Below are positions 19,637-29,806 of a DNA stretch of 64,000 nucleotides, piece after piece. The notes under the pieces were generated by a model. The model did no database searches and was not told where the DNA came from. It was given only the letters and a program-made list of their open reading frames with translations. The first letter of the stretch is position 1. Each line of letters begins with the position of its first letter. Where the stretch lies: positions 111,501-175,500 of the forward strand of contig JAOZHO010000037.1 of assembly GCA_026014875.1 (NCBI GenBank). The letters are read 5' to 3'. This DNA is from Candidatus Bathyarchaeota archaeon. Its GTDB lineage: Archaea > Thermoproteota > Bathyarchaeia > TCS64. The translations under genes were made by a program, and so were the position numbers.

Positions 19637-19849
19637 CTATTCTTCCTCTGAGATCTGCCGCTCGCTGACGGTTTCCATGATCCGCGCGATCTCGTCGAGA
19701 ACGAGGTCCCTGTTCACCGGCTCGGCCCGCCAGCGCTTGTCAAGCTCCCTCCTCTTCTCAGCGGACACCAGCCCCTCGCTGCGGAGGGTGTTCAGCAGCT
19801 CGACGAACTGCCCGTATTTAAACCGTTTATCGTCTTGGATACTATCCAT
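19637..19849 (-). CDS. Small hypothetical protein (70 aa)
   Basis: MDSIQDDKRFKYGQFVELLNTLR..., host-like codon usage. Confidence 0.6.
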   Translation of the reverse strand: MDSIQDDKRFKYGQFVELLNTLRSEGLVSAEKRRELDKRWRAEPVNRDLVLDEIARIMETVSERQISEEE

Positions 19850-19994
19850 TCCCGTCTCCACCACGATCCCAAATGAACCTGAATCAGATAAATACCCATG
19901 CCTCTTCAAGCAGGGCGGGTGCGGCGGGCCGTTGCACCCCCCCCGTTTGTTGGGAGGTTTGTTGGTGGGGGACGCGACATCCGAGGACAGGGGC

Positions 19995-20630
19995 TCAGCG
20001 AGTCCTCTCCACCAGGGCCTCGACCTTCGCCTTGGCCCCTGTGAGGATGTCCTTCCCGTGGGTGTAGATCAGGGAGTCGAAGTCGTAGTCCAGGAGCCTC
20101 GCGATCTCCCGGGTCGCCTGCTCCACGTCGACGCAGTACTTCTCCGGGGGCTCGAATATGTTGCCCCCCTCGTCCCCGAAGACGGTGTCCCCTGCGACGA
20201 GGACCCCCCGCTCCTTGAGGAGGTAACAGCAGTTCCCCTCGGTGTGACCGGGCACGTGAATCACCTCGATCCCCCCGCAGTAAGGTAGACTGGCCCCGTG
20301 GGCCAAGCCCTCGGGCTCGACCCCGGTCTGCTCTTTGATGGCGGGGACCTCCTCCGCCTGGCAGTAGATGGGGGCTCCGGTGAGCTCCTTCACCTTCGCG
20401 AGGTTCCTGACGTGGTCCCCGTGCCTATGGGTGATCAGGACAATCTTGACGTCCCCCCATCCCTTCCCCAGGGACCCCAGCTCGGCCTCCACCATCCCCA
20501 GAACCTCGTCCCCCATCCCTGTGTCGACGAGAACGATGCCCTCCGGGCAGTCCAGGAACCAGAGCTCCATGCCATGGTTCTTTGACTCGGAAAAGTCGAA
20601 GGAGTGGATCCCATCCATAATCTCGACCAT
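19995..20630 (-). CDS. MBL-fold metallo-hydrolase
   Basis: LVDTG, THRHGDH, PGHTEG, AGD, THG; start at MVEIMDG. Confidence 0.92.
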   Translation of the reverse strand: MVEIMDGIHSFDFSESKNHGMELWFLDCPEGIVLVDTGMGDEVLGMVEAELGSLGKGWGDVKIVLITHRHGDHVRNLAKVKELTGAPIYCQAEEVPAIKEQTGVEPEGLAHGASLPYCGGIEVIHVPGHTEGNCCYLLKERGVLVAGDTVFGDEGGNIFEPPEKYCVDVEQATREIARLLDYDFDSLIYTHGKDILTGAKAKVEALVERTR

Positions 20631-20729
20631 TAAATCACCACAGATTACAGCCTCGCAGCCGAATTTAAAACAGGGGGGCGAGTCGTTCATCTTTTTAATT
20701 GGTCCACCGATCCTGTTCCGGGGAGCTTC

Positions 20730-21326
20730 TTGAGCTGGTGGGAGGCGTCCGAGGAGATCCTGCGAGAGATGAGCAGGGCGATCAACGCCATCGACCCGGG
20801 CCAGGTGGAGACGTTGCTGGACACCCTGCTGTACACGAAGATAGAGGGGAGAAAGGCCCTCGTGGTGGGTGCGGGGAGGAGCGGGCTCGTGGGGAAAGCC
20901 TTCGCGATGCGCCTCATGCACGTGGGCATCGACGTCTACGTCATGGGGGAGACCATCACCCCCGCCATCGGGGAGGGGGATATAGTCATCATCATCTCGG
21001 GCTCAGGAAGCGGCGCCATGTCCACGACGGCAGCCCACATGGCGAAACGGCTGGGATCCATGATCTTCGCGGTGACCAGCTACCCCGACTCCGAGCTGGC
21101 TCAGATCTCAGACCACGTCATTGTCGTGTCCGGGAGGGAAGCCGTGGCGGAGGAGAGCGACTACCAGAGCCGCCAGCTCCTGGGGGAGCACGAGTCCCTC
21201 GCCCCCATGGGGACCCTCTTCGAGGACGCCTGCATGGTCTTCCTCGACGGCCTCATCGCCGAACTCATGGTCCGCCTCGAGGTCTCCGAGGTCTCGATGA
21301 AGAAAAAGCATAGCACAATAGAGTAA
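20730..21326 (+). CDS. hxlB: 6-phospho-3-hexuloisomerase (SIS domain)
   Basis: GAGRSGLVGKAFAMRLMH, GETITP, ISGSG, APMGTLFE. Confidence 0.92.
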   Translation: MSWWEASEEILREMSRAINAIDPGQVETLLDTLLYTKIEGRKALVVGAGRSGLVGKAFAMRLMHVGIDVYVMGETITPAIGEGDIVIIISGSGSGAMSTTAAHMAKRLGSMIFAVTSYPDSELAQISDHVIVVSGREAVAEESDYQSRQLLGEHESLAPMGTLFEDACMVFLDGLIAELMVRLEVSEVSMKKKHSTIE

Positions 21327-21365
21327 ACTCACGAAAAACCCCTGATTTTCAAGTGAGCGCCATCC

Positions 21366-22322
21366 TCATGCGCTCGCGCCTCGCTTCTTCCCCAAAGCGA
21401 TCAACGAGATGAACTCGTAGACGATGTTGGCCGCCAGCAGAGCCGTGACTTGGGAGGGATCGTACTGGGGCAGAACCTCCACCATGTCATAAGCCACGAT
21501 GTCGAGGCCGTCCAGGCCCCGGACCAGTCTGAGGGTCTCTCTGCTGGTGAATCCCCCCACCTCGGGGGTGCCCGTCCCGGGAGCGTAGGCGGGGTCGATG
21601 AAATCGATGTCGAAGCTCACGAAAGCTTTCGCATCTCCTACCCTGTCCCGTATGCGCTTGATCAGCGCTTCGAGCCCCATCTCGAACGCCTGGTTGGTGG
21701 TGACGAGGTCGAATCCCATCTCCCTCGCCTCGTCTAGGCTGTCCCGGGCGTAGATGGAGCCCCTCATCCCCACCTGGATCGAGTTCTCGACGAGGAGGAG
21801 CCCCTCCTCCAAGGCCCTCCTCATGGGGGTACCGTGAGTGTACTTTTTCCCGAACCTCTTATCCCCCGTGTCCGAGTGGGAATCAAAGTGGATCAGGGCC
21901 ACGGGACCGTACTTCTTTGCCACAGCCCTGAGCTCGGGGAGGGTGACGGAGTGGTCTCCCCCCAGCATGACCGGGACGACCCCCGCGTCCAGCAGAGGCT
22001 CGAGCCCCTCCTCGATCATCTCGTAAGAGTCCTCGATGTAACCGGGATTCACCGGGAGGTCCCCGTAATCCACCCCAGAGCAGTGATCGAAGATCCCGAC
22101 GTCCAAAACCTCGTTGTAATGGCGCAGCAGCGCCGAGACGCTCCTGATGGCCTCGGGGCCGAATCTCGCCCCCACCCTGAAGGAGGCGCCGGTATCGAAG
22201 GGAACACCCACGACTGCGAAGTCGATCCCCTCCGTCGTCTCCAGATGGGGCAGGCGCATGAACGTCTTTATCCCCGCGAACCGGGGAGACTTGCGAGGAT
22301 CTACCGGTCTATAATCGGGCAT
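21366..22322 (-). CDS. speB: Agmatinase (ureohydrolase family)
   Basis: GARFGP, GGDHS, FDSHSDT, SFDIDFIDPAYAPGTGTPEVGG. Confidence 0.9.
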   Translation of the reverse strand: MPDYRPVDPRKSPRFAGIKTFMRLPHLETTEGIDFAVVGVPFDTGASFRVGARFGPEAIRSVSALLRHYNEVLDVGIFDHCSGVDYGDLPVNPGYIEDSYEMIEEGLEPLLDAGVVPVMLGGDHSVTLPELRAVAKKYGPVALIHFDSHSDTGDKRFGKKYTHGTPMRRALEEGLLLVENSIQVGMRGSIYARDSLDEAREMGFDLVTTNQAFEMGLEALIKRIRDRVGDAKAFVSFDIDFIDPAYAPGTGTPEVGGFTSRETLRLVRGLDGLDIVAYDMVEVLPQYDPSQVTALLAANIVYEFISLIALGKKRGASA

Positions 22323-22504
22323 ACTGGATTCACATTCCTACAACCGTTTTGAAGAATATTTGAACTTTCGTAGCGAGCGCTACCATGAGAAAAGTATACC
22401 CTTAAACGCCACGGAAAGGCGGGCCCGTTTCCGACCCATCGATTAGGGGATAAACTGGCATCGATGACTCGAAAAAATCCGGCGAGATGAAAAAGTCAAA
22501 GGGT

Positions 22505-22654
22505 ATGCCTAAGAAGAAGATATTTGGGATCACACATCCTATGATGATCCCTTTCACAGAAGACGACGAGGTAGGCCTCAAGGCGTGCGCGAAAAATCGC
22601 AGTTTTCAACTTAGTGCAAGACAAAGATCTGCTCTATATCGGGTTCCGCAATAA
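22505..22654 (+). pseudogene. N-terminal fragment of a DapA-family gene
   Basis: MPKKKIFGITHPMMIPFTEDDEV parallels the N-terminus of the DapA-like protein at 38714 (ALVTPFNDDDEVD); similarity then ends. Confidence 0.5.
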
Positions 22655-22882
22655 ACTATTCATATACCGTAGGAGAAGCGCTCTGCGTATTTGTGTGTGA
22701 AAGGGGCCACTCCGAAGACGAGACAGGGATGACATTGAGTCGGGGATGAATCCTTCTTTCCACACAGCTTATCTCCCCTACTTGAGCCATGCAAGCGCGA
22801 TTATCACCAAGGGAACACCGATGTCCCCAGTTCCAAGGGCTAAAATTTTAAGTCCATCACCCCGAACAACCAAGCGATAGAG

Positions 22883-24865
22883 ATGCAGAAACTCGAAGAG
22901 ATCGAGATCATGCCCCTGTTCCCCATGGACCCGGTGGGGGACCCTCAGATCAGCCCCGACGGATCCCATGTCCTCTTCACCTACTCCGAGGTAAACATGG
23001 AGGAGGACAAGTACGAAACCCAGATCTGGATGCTGGATCTGAATAAGAAGAAGCCAGTCCAGTTCACCTTCGGGAAAGAAAACTCCGCCAACCCCCGCTG
23101 GAGCCCCGACGGGAAGAGGATACTGTTCACATCTAACCGCCCCAGCCCGGACGACCCCAAATCCGAGGACGAGAAAAAGAAGAAAGCTCAGTTCTTCGTC
23201 ATTCCCGCTGACGGGGGCGAGGCGAGGCAGATCACCCAAGTCGAGGAGGGCGTCCAGAGCCCCGCCTGGTCCCCCGACGGGAGAAACATCCTGTTCAAGG
23301 CCAACGTATTCAAAGGGGAAAAGGCCGAGGGCAGCGACGTCAAGATAATCCGCCGGATGAAGTACAAGCACGACGGGAAGGGCTTCAGCGTCGGCATGTA
23401 CACCCACCTCTTCGTCGTCCCCTCCAAGGGGGGCAAGGCGAAGCAGCTGACCGACGGCCTGTTCGACGTCGAGGCCTCCGACTGGTCCCCAGACGGGAAG
23501 ACCATAGCCTTCGTCTCCAACTTCGCCGAGGACGCCGACAGGTCCTTCTTCAGGAACATCTACACCGTCCCCGTTAAGGGGGGCGAGCCAGAGCTCCTCT
23601 GGGAGGGGAGGGGCCAGATCGGAGCCATCGCCTGGGCCCCCAGCGGCCAATACCTCGCCTTCATCGGCAGGGATATCGAAGACCCGGGGATGGTCTGGCA
23701 CAGGAACGCGGAGCTCTACCTCCTCCCGGTGGATGGAGGCAAGCCCAAGTGCCTCACCCCCGAGTTCGACAGGACCGCCCGAGGGGCAACGAAGCTGGAG
23801 TGGTCGCCGGACTCCAAGCACATCTACCTTGCATTCCCGGACCGCGGCGCCGCCCACGTCTACAAAGTGAGCGTGGAAGGCGACATCAAGGCCGCGACGG
23901 AGGGCGACATAAGGGTGAGCGCCTTCAGCCTCGACGACTCCGGGGCGAAGATCGCCTTCAACGCCTCCACCGCCGTGAGCCCGACGGAGCTCTGGATCAA
24001 GGATGGGAAGGGGCAGAGGCGCCTCACCGAGATGAACAAGGGCCTCCTCAGGAAGCTCCGGATCAGCACCCCCGAGGAGTTCTGGTTCACCGCCAGCGAC
24101 GGCGTAGAGGTCCAGGGCTGGATCGTGAAGCCCCGGGGATACCAGGAGGAGAAAAAGTACCCCACGGCCATGCAGATCCACGGGGGCCCCCGGAGCGCCT
24201 ACGGCTACAAGCTGGAAGGAGCGGAGCACGAATTCCAGGTCCTCGCCGACCACGGTTACTCCGTCGTCTACACCAACCCCCGGGCCAGCGTTGGCTACGG
24301 GGAGCAGTTCGCCGGCCTCGTCTCGGGGGCATGGGGGGAGAGGGACTACCAGGACATCATGGAGGCCACCGACTACATCATCGAGAACTACGGCTTCGTC
24401 GACCCAGACAGGTTCGGCGTCCTAGGGGGCAGCTACGGGGGCTTCATGACCAACTGGATCGTCGGCCACACCGACAGGTACAAGGCGGCGGTCACCATGA
24501 GGAGCATCAGCAACTGGTACAGCTTCCACGGCACCAGCGACATAGGGTGGATGACCCTCCCCACCCACGAGCTCATAAACGGCAAGGACCCCTGGGACGA
24601 CCCGGAGCTCTGCATGGAGAAGTCCCCCATCACCTACGTCAAGAACATGACGACACCGTTGCTCATCATCCACAGCGAGGAGGACTACCGCTGCCCCATT
24701 GAGCAGGGGGAGCAGCTCTACATCGCCCTCAAGAAGCTGGGGAGGACCACCGAGTTCGTCAGGTTCCCCGGGGAGCCCCACGGCCTCTCCAGGGACGGGA
24801 AGCCGAAGCACAGAAAGGAACGGTTGCAGCACATCGTTCGCTGGTTCGACAGATACCTGAAATAA
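22883..24865 (+). CDS. S9 family peptidase (acylaminoacyl/dipeptidyl peptidase)
   Basis: WSPDG beta-propeller repeats, IHGGP, GGSYGG nucleophile, DYRCP, EPHG. Confidence 0.95.
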   Translation: MQKLEEIEIMPLFPMDPVGDPQISPDGSHVLFTYSEVNMEEDKYETQIWMLDLNKKKPVQFTFGKENSANPRWSPDGKRILFTSNRPSPDDPKSEDEKKKKAQFFVIPADGGEARQITQVEEGVQSPAWSPDGRNILFKANVFKGEKAEGSDVKIIRRMKYKHDGKGFSVGMYTHLFVVPSKGGKAKQLTDGLFDVEASDWSPDGKTIAFVSNFAEDADRSFFRNIYTVPVKGGEPELLWEGRGQIGAIAWAPSGQYLAFIGRDIEDPGMVWHRNAELYLLPVDGGKPKCLTPEFDRTARGATKLEWSPDSKHIYLAFPDRGAAHVYKVSVEGDIKAATEGDIRVSAFSLDDSGAKIAFNASTAVSPTELWIKDGKGQRRLTEMNKGLLRKLRISTPEEFWFTASDGVEVQGWIVKPRGYQEEKKYPTAMQIHGGPRSAYGYKLEGAEHEFQVLADHGYSVVYTNPRASVGYGEQFAGLVSGAWGERDYQDIMEATDYIIENYGFVDPDRFGVLGGSYGGFMTNWIVGHTDRYKAAVTMRSISNWYSFHGTSDIGWMTLPTHELINGKDPWDDPELCMEKSPITYVKNMTTPLLIIHSEEDYRCPIEQGEQLYIALKKLGRTTEFVRFPGEPHGLSRDGKPKHRKERLQHIVRWFDRYLK

Positions 24866-24953
24866 GCCACATACCCCCCTTTTTCATCCTCGGTCTTTGT
24901 CTACACGCCTAATATCCTAACCAGAAAACTATATCCGGGCTCATTCCGAAGAA

Positions 24954-25985
24954 TTGCCCATCATGGAGGTTACCAACGAGGGCTCGATGGCCCTCTACAA
25001 CCGGCTCCTCAAAAACCCGCCAAGGGGCCCAACTGTGCCTTACAAGCCTTTGAGACCCAACGCGTACACCGAGAAGGGAAAGCACATCGTGGCGATCGTC
25101 AGGTCGGACGACCGGTCCAGAGGAATAAATGAGGCGATCTCCCTCCTCGGGGGAATGGGACCCATCGTCGAGGGCGTCCGAGGGGAGTTCCTCATCAAGC
25201 CCAACTGCAACACCGACGACCCCTACCCCAGGGACACCCACCCGGAGACCGTGAGGGCCATCGCCGATAGCCTCATCGGGGCTGGGGTCCCAGCCGGGAG
25301 GATCGTCCTCGGGGAGACCTCCGGGAGGGCGAGGGGGCTCCCCACCCGCCACACCTTGGAGAATCTGGGGATGCTGGAGGTCGCCGAGGATTTGGGCCTC
25401 GGGGTCTGCTTCTTCGAGGAGGACGAGTGGGTCACCGTGAAGCCCCCGGGGGCAGCCGCGTGGCCCGAGGGTATCAAGATCCCCCGGCGGGTCTACGATG
25501 CCGAGAGGGTGATCCTCACTCCCATCATGAGGCCCCACAGCACCGCCACATTCACCATCAGCCTCAAGCTCGCGGTGGGGATGCTCGACTCCGTGGGCCG
25601 AGAGTGGCTCCACGACGGCCACGCCCACCGCGAGAAGGTGGTGGACCTCAACCTCGCCACCTCGGCCGACCTGATAGTCACCGACGCCACCAAGATCCTC
25701 GTCGACAAGGAGCTCACACACGGGAAAGCCGCGGCGCCCGGAATCATCATCGCGAGCGGTAGCAGGGTCGCCTCCGACGCCGTCTCAGTCGCCCTCATGC
25801 GCCTCCATGGAGTGGACAGGGTCATGGAGAGAACCGTCTGGGATCATGAGCAGTTTAAAATCGCGAAAAGCCGGGGTTTAGGGCCCTCGGGGCTCGAAGG
25901 GATCGCCCTCAGGACATCGAACCTCGCAGGCGACCCCGGTTTCGAGGATACTGTCACGGGAATTGAGAGCGAGCTCGAGAGCTAG
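24954..25985 (+). CDS. DUF362 domain protein (start uncertain, possibly near 25035)
   Basis: LIKPN, THPETVRA, H..ATFTISLK..VG, D.VASDA motifs. Confidence 0.8.
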   Translation: MPIMEVTNEGSMALYNRLLKNPPRGPTVPYKPLRPNAYTEKGKHIVAIVRSDDRSRGINEAISLLGGMGPIVEGVRGEFLIKPNCNTDDPYPRDTHPETVRAIADSLIGAGVPAGRIVLGETSGRARGLPTRHTLENLGMLEVAEDLGLGVCFFEEDEWVTVKPPGAAAWPEGIKIPRRVYDAERVILTPIMRPHSTATFTISLKLAVGMLDSVGREWLHDGHAHREKVVDLNLATSADLIVTDATKILVDKELTHGKAAAPGIIIASGSRVASDAVSVALMRLHGVDRVMERTVWDHEQFKIAKSRGLGPSGLEGIALRTSNLAGDPGFEDTVTGIESELES

Positions 25986-26881
25986 GGCTCGAAGACCAAC
26001 TCGTTCCAGCATCCGCCGGGGGTCTGGTAGCGGACCTTCCGGGGGAAATCGTAGGGCTGATAGACAGCCTTGGTCAGCCTGCTCCTCAGCCTCTCCTCGA
26101 CGGCCTCCCACCCATCCCTATTCAGCTCCTCCGCGAGGCCTTTCGTGCTGAGCCTCTGCCCGGTGACCCCGCTTCCCCTCTGCAAGGCTAGAAAAGTCCA
26201 GGCATCCGTGAAAGCCTCAGCCATCTCCGCCTCGCTGGCGATCCTGGGCTGCTCTTCCTCGGACATCTCAGCGGCCTCCCGGAGGGTAAGCTCCGTCGGC
26301 TTGAGCCTCCTCCCCTCGGGGGCCGAGACGTTGAGGCTGTTCACGGCGATGTCGAGGGGCCTAAGCTCCAGCGCGAGGCACTGGGTTAGCCCCTCCAGCC
26401 CGTACTTGGAGGGACAGTAACCGACCTCGGCGACGAAGCCCATCTCCGCCGACCGGGAGGTGACGTTGATGATGCTTCCCCCGCCCCGGGCCGCCATGAA
26501 GTCCTTGAACGCCTTCGCGAGGAGGAAGGGAGCCCGGAGATTCACCGCGAGAACCATGTCCCACTCCTCCACGGTCGTCTCGTCCAGGGTCTTCCAGGGG
26601 CTCGTCGCGGCGTTGTTCACGAGGACGTCGAGGCCCCCGAACACCGCCTCCACTGCCTCTCTCAGTGACTCGATCTCCTCCGGGACTGCGAGGTCCACCC
26701 GCAAGACCTCCGCATCGCCCCCGGATGAAAGAATCAGGTCCCGGGTCCCTTCCAGCTCTGAGACGGTCCTCGCCACGCAGACGACCATCGCCCCCTCAAG
26801 GCCATATGCCAGGGCCATGGAGCGACCGAAACCCCTCCCGGAGCCGGTGACCAATACAACCTTTCCTTCGAGCCTCCTCAT
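25982..26881 (-). CDS. SDR family oxidoreductase
   Basis: TGSGRGFG, LDVLVNNAA, catalytic YCPSK. Confidence 0.92.
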   Translation of the reverse strand: MRRLEGKVVLVTGSGRGFGRSMALAYGLEGAMVVCVARTVSELEGTRDLILSSGGDAEVLRVDLAVPEEIESLREAVEAVFGGLDVLVNNAATSPWKTLDETTVEEWDMVLAVNLRAPFLLAKAFKDFMAARGGGSIINVTSRSAEMGFVAEVGYCPSKYGLEGLTQCLALELRPLDIAVNSLNVSAPEGRRLKPTELTLREAAEMSEEEQPRIASEAEMAEAFTDAWTFLALQRGSGVTGQRLSTKGLAEELNRDGWEAVEERLRSRLTKAVYQPYDFPRKVRYQTPGGCWNELVFEP

Positions 26882-26987
26882 GCAGGTCCCACAGAGGGCT
26901 GACACCCCACAAGGGTATTAACCGTTGCTTCCTGCAGGGTGAAAGGCTTATGCGGGAAACGGCGCAATAAGATCAGGTTCGATAACT

Positions 26988-27965
26988 TTGTCCGACATTC
27001 TAAAAGTCCAAGACCTTGTAGCCCCGAAGGGCACCAAGAAGCAGGGATACCTGAACATCGCTGAGAAACCCGCAGGCCCCCACAGGATCCCGCTGACCCT
27101 CGTGAACGGATCCGGAGACGGCCCCACACTGATCATCAACGGGGGGGAGCACGGCTCAGAGTACAACGGCCCCGCCGCGACCCTCACGGTGATGAGGGAC
27201 CTCGACCCAGCCGATGTGAACGGTAAGGTCATCATCGCCCCCATGGTGAACACCCTCGCCTTCGAGGCCCGCTGGATGCACGGTAACCCCGTCGACTACA
27301 GGGACCTCACAGGCCATTACGTCGAGGAGATTCCCCGGGGGGGCAGCGGGGTCCCCAAGATAACCTACCAGGTCGCCACCACGTTCTACCGCGAGGTCCT
27401 CAGCCAGGGTGACTACAGGTTAAACCTCCACGGGGGAGACCTTGAGGAGGATCTCCTCACAGGCACCATGTACCGCCAGAAAGGCGAAGCAGCATATGAC
27501 GCCGAGAACCTCGCCCTCTGCAGGGCCTTCGGCTACGAGTGGATCAGGGAGAGCCCCCCAAGGAAGAGCGGCACCAGCCTCGAGTTCCCCATGACGGTGG
27601 GCACCGAGGCCGGGGGGATGGGGCGTTGCCAGAGCGACATCGTCGAGGGGGTCATCGAGGGCATCTACAACGTGATGAAGAAGCTGGAGATGCTTCCCGG
27701 GGAACCCGAGATCCCCCCGAGAGCCAAGCTCTACAGCCCCTACCACCTCTACGCCGAGCGCGGGGGATTCTTCATATCCAACGTCCGGGCCGGGGACATG
27801 GTGGAGGAGGGCGACGTGCTCGGGGTCATCAAGGACCTCTGGGGGGAGACCCTGGAGGAGATCGCGGTCCCCACAGACGGGGTCATCCACATGGTGACGA
27901 GCCCCGCTATCTGGGAGGGGGACGTCACCTACGAGATAGGGAAGGACATCCGGGAGATCAGCTAA
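26988..27965 (+). CDS. Succinylglutamate desuccinylase/aspartoacylase (M14-like) family protein 1
   Basis: GGEHGSE, NLHGGD, TEAGG, C-terminal biotinyl/lipoyl-like domain. Confidence 0.85.
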   Translation: MSDILKVQDLVAPKGTKKQGYLNIAEKPAGPHRIPLTLVNGSGDGPTLIINGGEHGSEYNGPAATLTVMRDLDPADVNGKVIIAPMVNTLAFEARWMHGNPVDYRDLTGHYVEEIPRGGSGVPKITYQVATTFYREVLSQGDYRLNLHGGDLEEDLLTGTMYRQKGEAAYDAENLALCRAFGYEWIRESPPRKSGTSLEFPMTVGTEAGGMGRCQSDIVEGVIEGIYNVMKKLEMLPGEPEIPPRAKLYSPYHLYAERGGFFISNVRAGDMVEEGDVLGVIKDLWGETLEEIAVPTDGVIHMVTSPAIWEGDVTYEIGKDIREIS

Positions 27966-27966
27966 G

Positions 27967-28977
27967 ATGGGAGACTTCAAGCCCCGCGAAGTGGAGCCCG
28001 GGAGCAAGGCCTTCGGATACGTCAATGTGCTTGACAACCTCGCCGCGAAGGTGGAGATGCCCATCGGTGTAGTCAACGGCGGGGAGCCTGGGCCCACCCT
28101 CATCGTGACAGGGGGCCTATACCCGACGGAGTACTGCGGAGTCGAGGCAGCATCCAGGCTCTACCAGCTCATCAAGCCGGAGGGGCTCAAGGGGCGCTTT
28201 ATCACTGTCCCCGTAGTGAACATGCCCGTCTTCAGGTTCCGAACCCGCTGGCTCAACCTCCGGAGTAGCGTCACGCCCTTCGACGGCCTCAACATAAACG
28301 CGGTCTTCCCCGGGGACTCGAACGGTACGCCTACGCGCGCAGTCGCCCACGCCCTCTTCCAGTTTGTCAAGGAGGCGGACTACCACGTCGACTTCAGGGG
28401 GGGCGACCTCCCCGAGAGCCACCTCGACCACACCATCTACCTCAAGATCGGGAAGCCCATCGACGGGACCAGCGAGACCATGGCGAAGGCCTTCGGGCTG
28501 AGGTACGTCCTACCGGGCACCCCGGAGATCGGCCACACCAGCCCCGGCACACTCATCTACGAGGCGGTGGCCGCGGGGACGGCCTCCATCATCAGCGAGG
28601 CGGGCCTCGGATACCGCACCCAGCCCCTGGAGGAGTTCGTGATGGCCCACGTCGACGGGACCGTGAACCTTCTCAAGCACTTTGGGATGCTCGAAGGCGA
28701 GCCCGAGAAGCCCGGGTGGCAGAGGTTCCTGAACATGGAGTGGCGGGGGGTCACTGCGCCAGTCGCCGGGGTTTTCACCGCCATAGCCGACCAGGGAGAC
28801 ATCCCCGAGGAAGGGGAGGTCATCGGCAGGATCACGGACCTCGACGGATCGACCCTGGCCGAGGTGACCTCCCCTGTCACGGGTGTGGTCCATTCGATGT
28901 TCCCGAGGAGAGTAGTCTACCCGGGGGACAGACTCTACACGCTCCTGAAGATCGGCGACGATACAGGCTGGGTCTAG
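27967..28977 (+). CDS. Succinylglutamate desuccinylase/aspartoacylase family protein 2 (degenerate metal site)
   Basis: Same architecture (GPTLIVTGG, NINAVFPG, SEAG), but HxxE is YPTE and DxH is DFR. Confidence 0.85.
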   Translation: MGDFKPREVEPGSKAFGYVNVLDNLAAKVEMPIGVVNGGEPGPTLIVTGGLYPTEYCGVEAASRLYQLIKPEGLKGRFITVPVVNMPVFRFRTRWLNLRSSVTPFDGLNINAVFPGDSNGTPTRAVAHALFQFVKEADYHVDFRGGDLPESHLDHTIYLKIGKPIDGTSETMAKAFGLRYVLPGTPEIGHTSPGTLIYEAVAAGTASIISEAGLGYRTQPLEEFVMAHVDGTVNLLKHFGMLEGEPEKPGWQRFLNMEWRGVTAPVAGVFTAIADQGDIPEEGEVIGRITDLDGSTLAEVTSPVTGVVHSMFPRRVVYPGDRLYTLLKIGDDTGWV

Positions 28978-29078
28978 GCGAATCGATCAGTGCAGGGGAC
29001 GAGGGTATCTTTGTACACCCAGAATCCCCTCGGAAACCCCTTTTAAGCCCCGGGCAGACGCGAATACCGTTGACTGAG

Positions 29079-29741
29079 ATGTCCGGAGGAATTTTGGCGA
29101 TCTTCGCCCACCCCGATGACGAGACCTTCGGGTGCGGGGGCACCCTCGCCCTCCACGCCGAGGCGGGGCACAGTGTGGGAGCCCTGAGCCTCACATGCTC
29201 GGACGAGGAGCGGGGCCCCGAGCTCAGGCGGGCCGCTGAGGCCCTGGGGATCGAGGAACCAATCATCTTCCCCGAGGAGAGCATCGACCTCGCATCGGAG
29301 CTCATCCGGAGGGTCTCGGATGTCATCGTGGACAGGAGACCCGGGGTCGTCATCACCCACCTCCCCTTCGACTATCACCGGGAGCACCGAGTCGCATACG
29401 AGCTCGTTAAGGAGGCTGTGGAGTGGGCGGGGCATACGACGATCTACGGCGACGCATGGGTCGTGGAGAGGCTCCTGCTCATGGAGGTGAACACCCTCAT
29501 CCCCAGCCCCCATGTCGTCGTCGATGTCTCCGATGTTTGGCCGAGGAAGGAGGCCGCCATCGAGGCGTATGCGTCGCAGCTCGCGAAGTTCCAGTGGGGG
29601 TACTACCAGGATTTCATGGAGAAGAAGGCGGAGCTCAGGGGGGCCCAGGGGGGATGCGGGTACGCCGAGGCGTTCCTCGTGGAGCCCCTCGCGGAGAACA
29701 GCCCCTTCTTCCCCGAGAAGGCGACCAGGTCCCTGTTCTAA
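29079..29741 (+). CDS. PIG-L family deacetylase, candidate BshB
   Basis: AHPDDE, HREH, VDVSDV...K..AI.AYASQ, YAEAF; lies near bshA and bshC. Confidence 0.85.
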   Translation: MSGGILAIFAHPDDETFGCGGTLALHAEAGHSVGALSLTCSDEERGPELRRAAEALGIEEPIIFPEESIDLASELIRRVSDVIVDRRPGVVITHLPFDYHREHRVAYELVKEAVEWAGHTTIYGDAWVVERLLLMEVNTLIPSPHVVVDVSDVWPRKEAAIEAYASQLAKFQWGYYQDFMEKKAELRGAQGGCGYAEAFLVEPLAENSPFFPEKATRSLF

Positions 29742-29806
29742 TCCCCGACCCCCTGCTTGGGGGATAAGGTTAAAGGTCTCGCTAAATGTGAGATATTCCA
29801 TTACGG

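Noticed and set aside
19917-19939. GC hairpin GGGTGCGGCG-GGC-CGTTGCACCC as an ncRNA
   Set aside because: Single short hairpin between co-oriented genes; no further structure to support an RNA gene
388-22322. Functional clustering of tiaS and agmatinase (shared agmatine)
   Set aside because: About 20 kb apart with unrelated genes between; no evidence of linkage
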